From assembly GCA_040954595.2 (NCBI GenBank), contig CM082580.2, positions 62,001 through 126,000 of the forward strand: DNA of 64,000 nt. The letters run 5' to 3'. Each line of letters begins with the position of its first letter. Position 1 is the stretch's first letter. Under the pieces are notes generated by a model that was not told where the DNA came from, searched no databases, and saw only the letters and a program-made list of their open reading frames with translations. This document shows, piece by piece, positions 50,001-63,004 of the stretch. The DNA comes from Balanoglossus misakiensis (lineage: Eukaryota > Animalia > Hemichordata). The position numbers were made by a program, and so were the translations under genes.

Positions 50001-53000
50001 ATTTTGCAAAGACGAAAATTTGTCATTTTTTGATGATTTTCACCCATGATTTTTTTTCAAAAATCGACGAAATTTTTAGATTTTGCAAAGTCGAACATTT
50101 GTCATTTTTTGATGATTTTTACCCGTTTTTATTTAAAAAAATCGACGAACCCATGATTTTTTTCAAAACCGACGAAATTTTGAGATTTTGCAAAGTCGAA
50201 AATTTGTCATTTTTTGATGATTTTCACCCATGATTTTTTTCAAAAATCGACGAAATTTTGAGATTTTGCAGTCAAAAATTTGTCATTTTTTGATGATTTT
50301 CACCCATATTATTTTTCAAAAACCGACGAAATTTTGAGATTTTGCAAAGACGAAAATTTGTCATTTTTTGATGATTTTCACCCATGATTTTTTCAAAAAT
50401 TGACGAAATTTTGAGATTTTGCAAAGTCGAAAATTTGTCATTTTTTGATGATTTTCACCCATGATTTTTTTTCAAAAATCGACGAAATTTTGAGATTTTG
50501 CAAAGTCGAAAATTTGTCATTTTTTGATGATTTTCCCCCGTTTTTTTTTTAAAATGGACGAAATTTTGAGATTTTGCAAAGACGAAAATTTGTCATTTTT
50601 TGATGATTTTCACCCATGATTTTTTCAAAAATTGACGAAATTTTGAGATTTTGCAAAGTCGAAAATTTGTCATTTTTTGATGATTTTCACACATGATTTT
50701 TTTCAAAAATCGACGAAATTTTGAGATTTTGCAAAGTCGAAAATTTGTTATTTTTTGATGATTTTCACCCATGTCTTTTTTTAAAAATCGACGAAATTTT
50801 GAGATTTTGCAGAGGAAAATTTGTCATTTTTTCATGATTTTCCCCCATGATTTTTTTCAAAAATCGACGAAATTTTGAGATTTTGCAAAGTCGACGAAAA
50901 TGTGTCATTTTTTGATGATTTTCACCCGTTTTTTTTTCAAAATTTGTCATTTTTTCATGATTTTCACCCATGATTTTTTTTCAAAAATCGACGAAATTTT
51001 GAGATTTTGCCAAGTCGTAAATGTGTCATTTTTTGATGATTTTCACCAGTTTTTTTTTTTCAAAATTTGTCATTTTTTCATGATTTTCCCCCATGATTTT
51101 TTTCAAAAATCGACGAAAATTTGAGATTTCGCAAAGACGAAAATTTGTCATTTTTGATGATTTTTACCCATGATTTTTTTTCAAAAATGAACGAAATTTT
51201 GAGATTTTGCAAAGACGAAAATTTGTCATTTTTTGATGATTTTCACCCATGTCTTTTTTTAAAAATCGACGAAATTTTGAGATTTTGCAAAGAGGAAAAT
51301 TTGTCATTTTTTCATGATTTTCCCCCATGATTTTTTTCAAAAATCGACGAAAATTTGAGATTTCGCAAAGACGAAAATTTGTCATTTTTGATGATTTTTA
51401 CCCATGATTTTTTTTCAAAAATGAACGAAATTTTGAGATTTTGCAAAGACGAAAATTTGTCATTTTTTGATGATTTTCACCCATGATTTTTTTTCAAAAA
51501 ACGACGAAATTTTGAGATTTTGCAAAGAGGAAAATTTGTCTTTTTTTCATGATTTTCACCCATGATTTTTTTCAAAAATCGACGAAATTTTGAGATTTTG
51601 CAAAGAGGAAAATTTGTCATTTTTTCATGATTTTCCCCCATGATTTTTTTCAAAAATCGACGAAAATTTGAAATTTTGCAAAGACGAAAATTTGTCATTT
51701 TTGATGATTTTTACCCATGATTTTTTTTCAAAATTGGACGAAATTTTGAGATTTTGCAAAGACGAAAATTTGTCATTTTTTGATGATTTTCACCAATGAT
51801 TTTTTTTCAAAAAACGACGAAATTTTGAGATTTTGCAGAGGAAAATGTGTCATTTTTTGATGATTTTCACCCGTTTTTTTTTCAAAATTTGTCATTTTTT
51901 GATGATTTTCACCCGTTTTTTTTTCAAAATTTGTCATTTTTTGATGATTTTCAACCATGATTTTTTTTCAAAAATCGACGAAAATTTGAGATTTTGCAAA
52001 GACGAAAATTTGTCATTTTTGATGATTTTTACCCATGATTTTTTTTCAAAAATGGACGAAATTTTGAGATTTTGCAAAGACGAAAATTTGTCATTTTTTG
52101 ATGATTTTCACCCATGATTTTTTTTCAAAAATCGACGAAATTTTGAGATTTTGCAGAGAGGAAAATTTGTCATTTTTTCATGATTTTCCCCCATGATTTT
52201 TTTCAAAAATCGACGAAATTTTGAGATTTTGCAAAGTCGAAAATTTGTCATTTTTTGATGATTTTCACCCATGATTTTTTCAAAAATTGACGAAATGTTG
52301 AGATTTTGCAAAGTCGAAAATTTGTCATTTTTTGATGATTTTCACCCATGATTTTTTTCAAAAATGGACGAAATTTTGAGATTTTGCAAAGACGAAAATT
52401 TGTCATTTTTTGATGATTTTCACCCATGATTTTTTTTCAAAAATCGACGAAATTTTAAGATTTTGCAAAGAGGAAAATTTGTCATTTTTTCATGATTTTC
52501 CCCCATGATTTTTTTCAAAAATCGACGAAATTTTGAGATTTTGCAAAGTCGAAAATTTTGTCATTTTTTGATGATTTTCAACCATGATTTTTTTTTCAAA
52601 AATCGACGAAAATTTGAGATTTTGCAAAGATGAAAATTTGTCATTTTTGATGATTTTTACCCATAATTTTTTTTCAGAAATGGACGAAATTTTGAGATTT
52701 TGCAAAGACGAAAATTTGTCATTTTTTGATGATTTTCACCCATGATTTTTTTTCAAAAATCGACGAAATTTTGAGATTTTGCAAAGTCGAAAATTTGTTA
52801 TTTTTTGATGATTTTCACCCATGTCTTTTTTTAAAAATCGACGAAATTTTGAGATTTTGCAAAGAGGAAAATTTGTCATTTTTTTCATGATTTTCCCCCA
52901 TGATTTTTTTCAAAAATCGACGAAATTTTGAGATTTTGCAAAGTCGAAAATTTGTCATTTTTTGATGATTTTCACCCATGTCTTTTTTCAAAAATCGAAA

Positions 53001-53812
53001 AAATTTTGAGATTTTGCAAAGTCGAAAATTTGTCATTTTTTGATGATTTTCACCCATGATTTTCTTCAAAAATCGACGAAATTTTGAGATTTTGCAAAGT
53101 CGAAAATTTGTCATTTTTTGATGATTTTCACCTATGATTTTTTTCAAAAATCAACAAAATTTTGAGATTTTGCAAAGTCGAAAATTTGTCATTTTTTTGA
53201 TGATTTTCACCCATGATTTTTTTCAAAAATCGACGAAATTTTGAGATTTTGCAAAGAGGAAAATTTGTCATTTTTTTCATGATTTTCCCCCATGATTTTT
53301 TTCAAAAATCGACGAAATTTTGAGATTTTGCAAAGTCGAAAATTTGTCATTTTTTGATGATTTTCACCCATGTCTTTTTTCAAAAATCGAAAAAATTTTG
53401 AGATTTTGCAAAGTCGAAAATTTGTCATTTTTTGATGATTTTCACCCATGATTTTCTTCAAAAATCGACGAAATTTTGAGATTTTGCAAAGTCGAAAATT
53501 TGTCATTTTTTGATGATTTTCACCTATGATTTTTTTCAAAAATCAACAAAATTTTGAGATTTTGCAAAGTCGAAAATTTGTCATTTTTTTGATGATTTTC
53601 ACCCATGATTTTTTTCAAAAATCGACGAAATTTTGAGATTTTGCAAAGTCGAAAATTTGTCATTTTTTGATGATTTTCACCCATGATTTTTTTCAAAATT
53701 GACGAAATTTTGAGATTTTGCAAAGTCGAAAATTTCTCATTTTTTGATGCATTTTCACCCATGATTTTTTTTCAAAAATCGACGAAATTTTGAGATTTTG
53801 CAAAGTCGAAAA
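26092..53812 (+). repeat. Satellite DNA array, 78-79-bp monomer, ~27.7 kb (~350 monomers), with higher-order repeats
   Basis: Consensus GTCATTTTTTGATGATTTTCACCCATGATTTTTTTCAAAAATCGACGAAATTTTGAGATTTTGCAAAGTCGAAAATTT, head-to-tail in one orientation, with no TE insertion seen. Confidence 0.99.
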
Positions 53813-55340
53813 CAAGCATCGTCCGATTCGAATTCGACTCGTCATCGGTAGCTTTGTTTATTTCGCCCTTGGAGACCTCCCCTGGCCTCGTTAGGATGAC
53901 TGTTACCAGGACTACCTTAAACCAATCTTTTCGAACCGGACGGTACACACGTCATGTCTTTGTTAATTGTCCAGGTACCAGAGTGTACGTGTGGGCTCCC
54001 TAAACCACTCATTGGCGGCCGGTCCCTGTCCGAATAAACACGTTTGACAGACAAAAAATGATGAACAAGTGGCTTATTTCAATACTTCGTTAACTAGACG
54101 GCTGAACTCTGAATGTTGATTCAGCAAAAAAAATATGTTTACGGCAAGGTTTCGATCAATACGACACATTTACCATTGAAAACGCACAAAGTAAGTGGGG
54201 GCGTTTGACCATCAATCAAAACCACGCCCAGGTGCATGTGAACGGCCGAAGCAGTGTAACGTTTCACATTCCGTGCAACGTCCGACACTGTGTGAAAGCG
54301 GTTGCTGTCGGGTGGCTTGACCTAATTTTCGTACATTGATATGCATTTGACACCTCACTACCTGTTTTCTCAATATTGCTAAAACTTTGCGTTGAAATAT
54401 CACTGAAATGTTGATGATCCACGCACAAGTCGTCTACCCCGGCATGAAAAGCGTCTTATACAAGAAAACTAATTGCACATGACCACCAAGGTCATACCGC
54501 AAGGTGTGTCTAAATGTCAAGGAAGGACACTTGGGTCAAGAACGACCATGACGGAGGAAAAACCGACAAGTCATTGTGTAACCTGTTTACTTGCCAATAG
54601 TCAAACGTCAAAATTTACTCTCAACTTGGTTGCAGATCGAGTCTCCCGAATTTCCAACTTTTATGATTGGGTAAATACCGATATGCGACTGGTATGCGAC
54701 GCGTTGACGACGCGAAGATTTTGTTGAAATCAAATGGTTTGTCAAATGTCATCTCACACTGGAGATACCGTGGTCATCTGACATGAAAGGGTTCGATTGG
54801 GTCTGACCGCCGTCGTTCATCCATGCTTAGAAAGCGGCGATCATGGTACAAAGTAAAACCAAGGTCAAACCTTACTGAACACATGTATTGCATGGGGAAA
54901 CTTTTCTCCCTGTCTGTGTACTGAACACGTACCGTGATTGCCATAGTTACAAACGTTACCACGTGAGAGAGATTGCATTTTACATCTGTCTTTTCAATTT
55001 TGTTGCTTTCTTACTATTCGGAATGATGGAGTCGAAACGAAAACTTTTTGCTTCAGGTGGACCTAGGGGAAATACCTTATTTGTGACTTTTTTCATGACC
55101 CTAAAAAGACGTCGGAATTAATGTGGCTGAGGTCACTCAGGACGACGGAATGGTTGAGCGATTTTATTTTATGAGCTCCCACTAGTATTTGTTTTATTGT
55201 TTCGGCAGTGTGCCGCGTTATTCGAGCAATCTGCAATCTGAAAACGAACGGTTTTCAAAGTTTATAACAGAAGAACAGGGGTTTAAGCATGAAAGGTCCT
55301 TTTGTCTCCCTCGCTGTGTTTGTGTCACTGTGTCTTTGAC

Positions 55341-55537
55341 GTCTGACTGACTGATTAACTGGCTGACTGACTTACTGACTGTCTGTCAACGTCTGTCTGT
55401 CTGACTGTCTGCCCCCTCTCTCTGAGAGAGAGAGTGAGCGAGCGAGCGAGCGACCGGTGAGTGTCTCTACTGATGAATGTTGCTCTGTCTGTCTGCTTGT
55501 GTCTGTCTGCCACTCTGCCTGTTTCACTCTGTCTCTC
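55341..55537 (+). repeat. Compound microsatellite (GACT)/(GTCT)/(GA)/(GAGC)
   Basis: Directly visible in the sequence. Confidence 0.85.
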
Positions 55538-56318
55538 CTAATTTCTTTAAAATTAGGGATATGCTATTAATGCGATATGAAAGTCAGACACGACGGAAAC
55601 CTTTTATTCTCAAAACTGTCTGTTGTTTGCTGTTAAATATTGCAAAAGGTTAAGGGCCCTTTTCGCACGAGACACATGGCTTTGCAGCCGTAGCTCCCAA
55701 TGTCATAACGATTACCCGAACTACCCTAATTTTAGCCCGCCGACCCAAAACAGTTTAGATCTTCGCAAACCGGAAGTAAAAATAACGATGTCAAATATAA
55801 AACAATTCATGAAAATTGCGAGAATCACGCAAGAACTATGATGTCATTCTTCTACACTACGACGGCCAAAGATATAAAAAAAATTGAAAAATAAAAACAT
55901 GTCCCTTTCTACCTACAATATTTTTGAAAACCATGTAATCGGAATAGCACATATTAGTTTTTTTGGCCTGAGACATATCCAATTTCCCAACTGAACATGA
56001 CACGTGATCAAGCATTTTCGACTTATCAGATGCAATCGCTGAACACCTCACACTGAGCGAGGTTTTGTCTGTCTTTATACGCGCCCTTTGTATTTGTGCG
56101 TGACATGTCCAAGCCTTGTTAGGAACTCCCGTAAAATTCTACTCAAATGATGTATACTTTCATACTTACGACTGACAGGTATTTTCAGCGTTGCCAGCTG
56201 ATTGTTTGTCAGGTACCGCTTTATAACAAGACGCCCCTCTGAGTTGATAACCTGCAATGTAACATCATTCAATTGGTCTAGTCATGTTAGCATTAGTAAA
56301 ATGCTTCAAAAGTGTTAA

Positions 56319-56609
56319 AGGGACATGATACAAGACACCGTTTATGTTAGTGAATGAACGTTCAACCACACACAACTTCCATCCGGCTTGTATGATACGA
56401 GAGTAAAAACTCGCCCGAAATGAATAAATGGTAGAGACCGTTTATTCATTTTGGCTACTTTTTAAAACTCTCGTGTCTATACAAGCGGGGTGGAAGGTGT
56501 GTATGGTTGAACGTTGATTCACTATATCCACATGTAGAATAATATAAACGCAGTCTTGTATCAAACATAATTAATGGAAAAAGGGCAGCGAGAGAGAGAC
56601 TTTGTCCCT
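56319..56609 (+). mobile_element. Kolobok-type MITE, copy 1
   Basis: TTAA TSD (56315-56318, 56610-56613), termini AGGGACA / TGTCCCT, and long imperfect internal inverted repeats. Confidence 0.75.
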
Positions 56610-57253
56610 TTAATGAATACAGCCACAATGTTCTGTTTATATCTACTGACGGACCAGGCATGGATTGTCACGTATAATTCTTTGAAACGTTTGGTCCTCT
56701 GAAGAAATCTGAGCACTGATCTACTCAGTTTGCTTATTTTGTCTTCCTCCACCAGTCAGTGGTATCGTCCGATTTGATACTCCACTCTAAGCCTCTTTCT
56801 GAATGGCTCTTTAAGTTGTGATCTGTAAGTCTTAAACCTTTCATCATCCCCCCCCCCCCCCCCCCCGTTTACTCTTTAGAGGTCGTCAACTGGTAAACTG
56901 TGCGCCTGTGTCTCTTCCCATAGGAGTACATGGAGAATAGTTAGAAAACTCACTTCTACTATTGTCATTTTCATGAAATTTTACACATAGCTCCGACAAA
57001 TCAAAATAAATTCATCACGCTCTATTTTGAGATAAACTTTGTTCAATATTGTATCCATAGACAAACCATTGGTAGAAAATGCTGACCGTTAGCAGTTTTC
57101 TTCAATTGTCGACTAAATTCACGGCCTTGTTTAAAGTCGAAAACAAGTGCAGTGACCCAAAATGGATTTTCATTATACATACAAATCAGAAACGAAAATT
57201 CACGATTAAAAGAAATGACAATGCTTTCAATTTTACTGATCGTACATCCTTAA

Positions 57254-57573
57254 CTCGCTGCCCTTTTCCATGTTTGATACAAAACACCGTTTATATTAAT
57301 GTAAATGTGGATATATAGTGATGCAACGTTCAATCGCACACACCTTCTATCCCGCATGTAGACACGAGAGCGAAAACTCGCAAAACTGAAAAATCGGTCT
57401 CTACCATTAATTCATTTTGGGCGAGTTTTTACTCTCATATCATACAAGCAGGATGGAAGTTGTGTGTGGTTGAACGTTCATTCACTACATATACACATGC
57501 CCATTAATATAAACGGTGTCTTGTATCAAACATAATTAATAGAAAAGGGCGACGAGAGAGAGAGTTTGTCCCT
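57254..57573 (-). mobile_element. Kolobok-type MITE, copy 2 (opposite orientation, left tip missing)
   Basis: Interior is reverse-complement similar to 56326-56590; ends in TTTGTCCCT|TTAA (57574-57577). Confidence 0.7.
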
Positions 57574-58944
57574 TTAAGGCGACATGATGCATGAAGTGGC
57601 GAGAGATAAACGCGGCTGACCACCGCATTAAACACTGTCAAGCAAGGCACTTCAAATGCCAATTGTTTAAGTGTGTACTAAGTAATAGGTTCATGTACCA
57701 TGGGGGGGGGGGGGGTCAAATCACAACAGTTGGACATGTACGAATATGAAGAGACGATATCAGTTTGTTCATGTCTTCCTTTAGTAAAAAATCTTTTTTG
57801 AACTTTGTATAGAATTCATTGAACTTTACTTTAGCTTATGAACTCTCATTTGCACATCGTCATCTTGAAATTGTGTCGACTTTATCATAAGGTTTTTATC
57901 ACTCAACTAGGTCGCAAAACCTATTTAAGTTAGTGAGAATAGGACGTTCACCTTTTGGGTTGATGGCTACAGCCGTTAATCCTGACTCATACACATGTTG
58001 CAGCCAGTATACTCTGCAGACATTGGACACAATAGTTTTACGAACCATTAAATTTTATTGGACCATCAAGTTTATTGACCCATGACGTTCATATAGATTT
58101 TATGACACGACTGACGCTATAATCGGTCCTTACCTTTGGCGAGCCAAGTGTTTTATAACATCATAAGATATTAATACCTATCACCCAGTCAAACGATTTC
58201 AAGTTATAAAATTTCCACGCCAATAGGACGCCTTTAGGTGGAAATGCAACCAGGTATCCTAAATAGGAAAATATTCCGGGTATCTGTCAAGTTTAGTCCC
58301 ATATTTAGGGGACCAAGAGCCCTCAGGCGCTTGGTCCCCTTCTGTTATTGCTGGAGTTTGTCTTCTTTCTTCTTGAGTCGTTTTTTTGCGCCCGTTTTTC
58401 TCTGAAATTCCGGCAGGTGCGCCTCCAAATTTGGCACGGTGGTTGGGGCCCATGAGTACTGGTGCACCTGCCCTTTGAATTTGTAATTAGTCACGTGACT
58501 TTGTGGCTATAATCGAGCGAAATTTTCAAATTGACCTAATTTGCACGTTAATGGGGGCATGTACATTCTTTTCGCGATTTTTGTAGACCATGTGGCCAAA
58601 ATCCCCTGTGCCAAATTTCAAGGTCCTAGGCCACGTCGATTTTGAGAAGAAGATTTTTGTAATATTTTTTCGCATTTTTTGGTGGGCTGAGGACGGACAC
58701 TGGGGCATCGGACTTTGACCGTCATTACGTAATGTTGTGGAGATCTCATTAGCAGGCTACTCACTTCTGGCGGGTTGCAGTAGTCCTTGGAAAATCGGCT
58801 GAAATACGTAAACAGACCAGTGATTATTTTCCACGGAATGAATTTTGGGACAACACATTATCGGAGTTCAGGCTGTGTTAGGGCGTTTTATTGAATTACG
58901 CTGAGTTTGGATTGACCACTGTGTTACCACTAAAATTTTTTATA

Positions 58945-61440
58945 GCAATGTTCTTTCAATTTCGAGTCTTTGCAATGTTGTTGACTCCGACCATATTCCT
59001 GTTTCAATAGAGGTTCATTTCAACACTTCTGCTGATGAATGCTTCAGCAGTAGTTCCTTCAAGCAATGTAATTTTCGAGTTGATTGGAAAAAATTGTCAC
59101 AGCAGAATATATCCGCCTACACCCGTTGTACCAAAGCCAAGGTTGATAAGATTAATATATCCGAAGAGTTATTCTGCACTAATGTGAACTGTACATACCC
59201 TTCGCATTTACAGGCAATTGATACTTGTTATAGTAGTGTTGTGGACGCATTGAATTGTGCTGCAAAAGATACCATTAGGCGTAAGTTTCACCAGAAAGTT
59301 CATGTTGTGCATGGCTGGAACGATTTTGTAAAAGAAAGTCACGACTATGCCCGTTCCATGTTTTTATTATGGGTTAATGGGGGTAAACCTTAACAAGGCC
59401 CGCTTTTTGAAACCATGAAATCTTCCAGAGCTCGTTTTAAGTATGCTTTACGTGCTTGTAAAAAGATTGAGAATCAAAATAGGGCTGACAAGATGGCTGA
59501 CAATTTACGCTGCCACAAACAGAACGACTTCTGGAAGGAAGTCAGAAAGCAAACTAGCAGAAAAATGCCGCTTTCTGACACTGTAGGTGGAGCGACTGGT
59601 GAGAGTGAAATTGCAATTATGTGGCACAAGCATTTCAGTGATATTTTGAATTCTGTCCAGGCTCAGACTGGTAAAAATGACATCGAGGAGAAAATGAAGT
59701 ATGTTAAATTTTCTTCTGATATGTATGTTTCTGAAGAAGAAGTAATTTCTGCTATACATAAGTTACCTGACGATAAGACAGCTGGCATTGACAATATTTC
59801 AGCTGAGCACCTCAAATTCTCAGACTCCTCTATTTTACCCATTTTGACTTGATTGTTCATGGTTACCTGCAAACTGAGGCTATCAAAGTTATTTTAGTTC
59901 CAATTAAGGATAAAACTAAGCTTTGTAGTGATGCCAGTAACTACCGGCCGATAGCACTAGCAACTGTTTTCTCTAAAGTTTTTGAGCCTATTTTACTTTC
60001 TCGTTGTGAGGAGTTTCTTACCTCTCATTATTTACAATTTGGTTTCAAGCGAGAACATTCAACTGACCTGTGTTTATTTGCATTTAAAGAAATCATTAGC
60101 TACTACACCAGCAATGGAAGACCAGTGTTTACTTGTTTTCTGGATGCTTCAAAAGCTTTTGACAGAGTTAATCACTTTAAACTGATTAACAAGCTCATCG
60201 ACAGGAATGTTCCCTTGTATGCTGTACGAATTTTATATTAAAGGTCCCATGCCATGCCCTATACAACCACGCGTAAAATCACTATTTGGGTCTTGAAGTT
60301 AACGTATGTTACTATCTTGCAATGCGTTTTGCCCCTTGTGCTTAGATAACAAGCAAGTAAAAGTGGCGGGTGGGCGTGTACCCCTAACCCAACTCAGTCG
60401 ATTTTTTTTGGCTTTTCGAAGTTAAGCCGAAGACTTATCTTGATGTGGACAAATAGTCTTTCACACCTTTGTAAATCCTCTGCCTGCAATGTGAGGCAAG
60501 GGCTTCCTTTGCTTTGAACACTGTTTATATAGCTTATCTTTGTCTGTGGACTTAATTACTCATGGACCGATAATTACACTTTACTGTAAACAGAATGGTA
60601 CACTACGACATAGTGTACTTGTTTGTCCATATGCAAATACCTTCGCCTGGCTCGAGTGCGAAGTGGCTCCCCGATCACAGGCATGAAAAAAGGTGGCAAA
60701 TTCCGGCATTCGTGCACATTTTTCGGAACCGACACAATAGGCAATGCATAGACAGGTACCCTAGGTGAGCTTTTGACGTGGAAAAATGAAAACTTTCCAA
60801 AGCATGACATGTGACCTTTAATGGTACAGAAATCAATTGTTTACTGTGTTGTGGGGTAATGAAACCTCAGAGTTGTTTTCTGTTTCTAACGGTGTAAGAC
60901 AAGGGGGAGTACTCTCTCCCTATCTTTTTAATGTCTACATTGATGATCTTATCAATGCACTCTGTAAAGCCAAAGTTGGCTGTACCATGTGTGGTGTCAG
61001 CGCTAACACTTTAGGTTACGCTGACGACATGACTCTACTCAGTCCAAGTATTAAGGGTCTACACCGTCTTCTTAGAATTTGTGAAATTTATGGCAAGGAT
61101 TATGATATAATTTATAATTCTAGTAAAACTGTGTGCATGCTTTTTAATGGGAAGAATATGAGCGTTCAAAGAATTCCTTCGGTTAAACTTAATGACATCA
61201 CTTTAAAGTTTGTACCTGTACACACCTATCTGGGCCATGTTATATCTTGTGAGGGTTGTGATAATGAAGATATTGAACGACAGAGAAGAGCATTTTGTGT
61301 TAGAGCAAACATGCTATTGAGACATTTTCAACATTTTAGTCAAGATGTGAAGAAAGTTTTATTTTTGGCATATTGTAGTAATATTTACTGTTGCAGTTTG
61401 TGGGCATCCTTTAAAGTAAAACCGATGAAAAAATTTAAAA
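58945..61440 (+). pseudogene. Non-LTR retrotransposon ORF2 fragment (RTE-X-like): end of AP endonuclease plus RT, disrupted
   Basis: Motifs SDHIPV (58987), NYRPIAL, QFGFK, CFLDASKAFDRVNH, GVRQGGVLSPYLFNVYIDDL, YADD and YLG. Stop at 59391, frameshift near 59850, MITE insertion, truncated at both ends. Confidence 0.9.
60242..60817. mobile_element. Kolobok-type MITE, 576 bp, inserted in the LINE RT
   Basis: TTAA TSD (60238-60241, 60818-60821); TIR AGGTCCCATGCCATGC / GCATGACATGTGACCT (14/16). Removal rejoins RILY*WYRNQLFTVLWG. Confidence 0.88.
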
Positions 61441-62151
61441 CAGTGGACTTTGACCCTAAGTCGCTAATGTTGTGGGAGGTTTCATTAGCATTGTAGTCAC
61501 ATGTAGTGGATAGTAGTTTGGGAAATTGGCTGAAATACGTCAGCAGACCAGTGATTTTCTTGCACGACAGGAGTATGGTACCAGCAATAATCAGAGATCA
61601 GGCTTCGTTGCCGTTCAAAAGTTCCTACTTCAGTCCTGATGTTGCAACTGGACGTTCAGTATGGGGGTCGGCCCGCAGGTGGCCGTGTGGGTTATCAGGT
61701 CGCCCGTAACGGCACGCAGCTACATGCAGCTGTATGGGACTAAAATAATACACCCGATTCGGGTGTCACCTGTGACACCTGCATAACTCAATAATTATGT
61801 GCATGCGTAATTGTGGGGTCAATGAAAGGGGTGGTAGCGTGCTATTTGTTGCACATGGATCAATATGAAGTCCGATTTTCCCGTCAAGTTGTGGGCGACC
61901 TTATGTGACCTTTCACCTACTTTTGCTTAGTGAGCATCCACAGCAGATGCATGCAGCTTTGGCTTGGGAGGGGGGGGGGGGGCATATACGGATGGGACCA
62001 TAATGATATACCAAAGGCGGGGTCGTCTGTTGCACCTGCCTAAGTCATTGATTTTGTACATTTAATTAGACACTAACCAACAGGGCGATAGGTGTGGTTT
62101 TTGTTCCACAGGGACGAATGTAAGTGTCAGTTGGTTTTTGCCCAAATGTCC

Positions 62152-63004
62152 ATTGAGGCCTGTATCCGTGATCTTAAGGACTGGATGACCCAAAACAAGC
62201 TTCAACTCAACGACTCCAAAAACTGAGATTCTACTTATTCGTTCACAATTTCATCACTCTGCTGATGCTATTGACAAGATTACCATTGGTTCAAGCTCTG
62301 TTCCCGTCGTTAAATCAGCTCGCAATATTGGTGTAATATTTGACAATACGCACATGTATAAAGATCACATCAAGAAAACTTGTCAATCAATATATTACCA
62401 CTTTCGCCGTGTCGGACAAATCAGGAAATTTCTTAACAAAGCAACATGTCAAACAGTGATTCATGCTATTTTGGCAGCGAAACTCGACTATGGTAATGCA
62501 TTACTGTATGGTATACCAGAACGCAGTCTGAACCTTCTACAACGCACACAAAATACAGCTGCAAGAATCATAACTCGGTCCAGGAAGTCTGCCCATATAA
62601 CGCCAGTTCTTCAACTTCTTCATTGGTTACCAGTTCGCCACAGGATAGAGTATAAAATAAATCTGCTCACATACAAAGCCTTAAATAATCTCGCTCCGAA
62701 CTATATCCGCGATCTCATTCGGACATATTCTCCTGGTCGCAGGCTTCGTTCAGCTAATAAGAGCCTTTTATGCACTACAATGTACAAACGTTCTTCATAC
62801 GGTGGCCGAGCATTCTCTCATGCTGCAACGAAACTGTGGAACATTCGTCAAGCTCCAAGTTTGAGTATCTTTAAGAAAAGACTGAAGACGCATTATTTCG
62901 CAAGAGCATATGGTGTGGGCCAATGAGCACAAGCGCCTTTGAGTATGACACTTGTTATAGATACTGGCGCTATACAAATTTCTCTGATTGATTGATTGAT
63001 TGAT
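62152..63004 (+). mobile_element. 5'-truncated L2-clade LINE (3' end of ORF2, 3' UTR, tail)
   Basis: Motifs WMTQNKLQLNDSK/TEILL, ARNIGVIFD, KLDYGNALLYG, LHWLPVRHRIEYKI, GGRAFS and FKKRLKTHYF; stop at 62924-62926. 3' UTR stem AGCGCC..GGCGCT and a (TGAT)5 tail at 62985-63004. Confidence 0.92.

Noticed and set aside
26092-53812. CRISPR array or repeat-protein gene (dozens of ORFs such as KIDEILRFCKVENLSFFDDFHP)
   Set aside because: There are no unique spacers and no cas genes. The monomer length is near a multiple of 3 with few stops, and homopolymer indels shift frames constantly, so the ORFs are satellite artefacts.
53901-54049. Solo LTR (TGT...AATAAA...ACA)
   Set aside because: No matching TSD, PBS, PPT or second copy.
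56075-56850. Minus-strand coding-like frames flanking the first Kolobok MITE
   Set aside because: They contain stops after MITE removal and have no recognisable domain.
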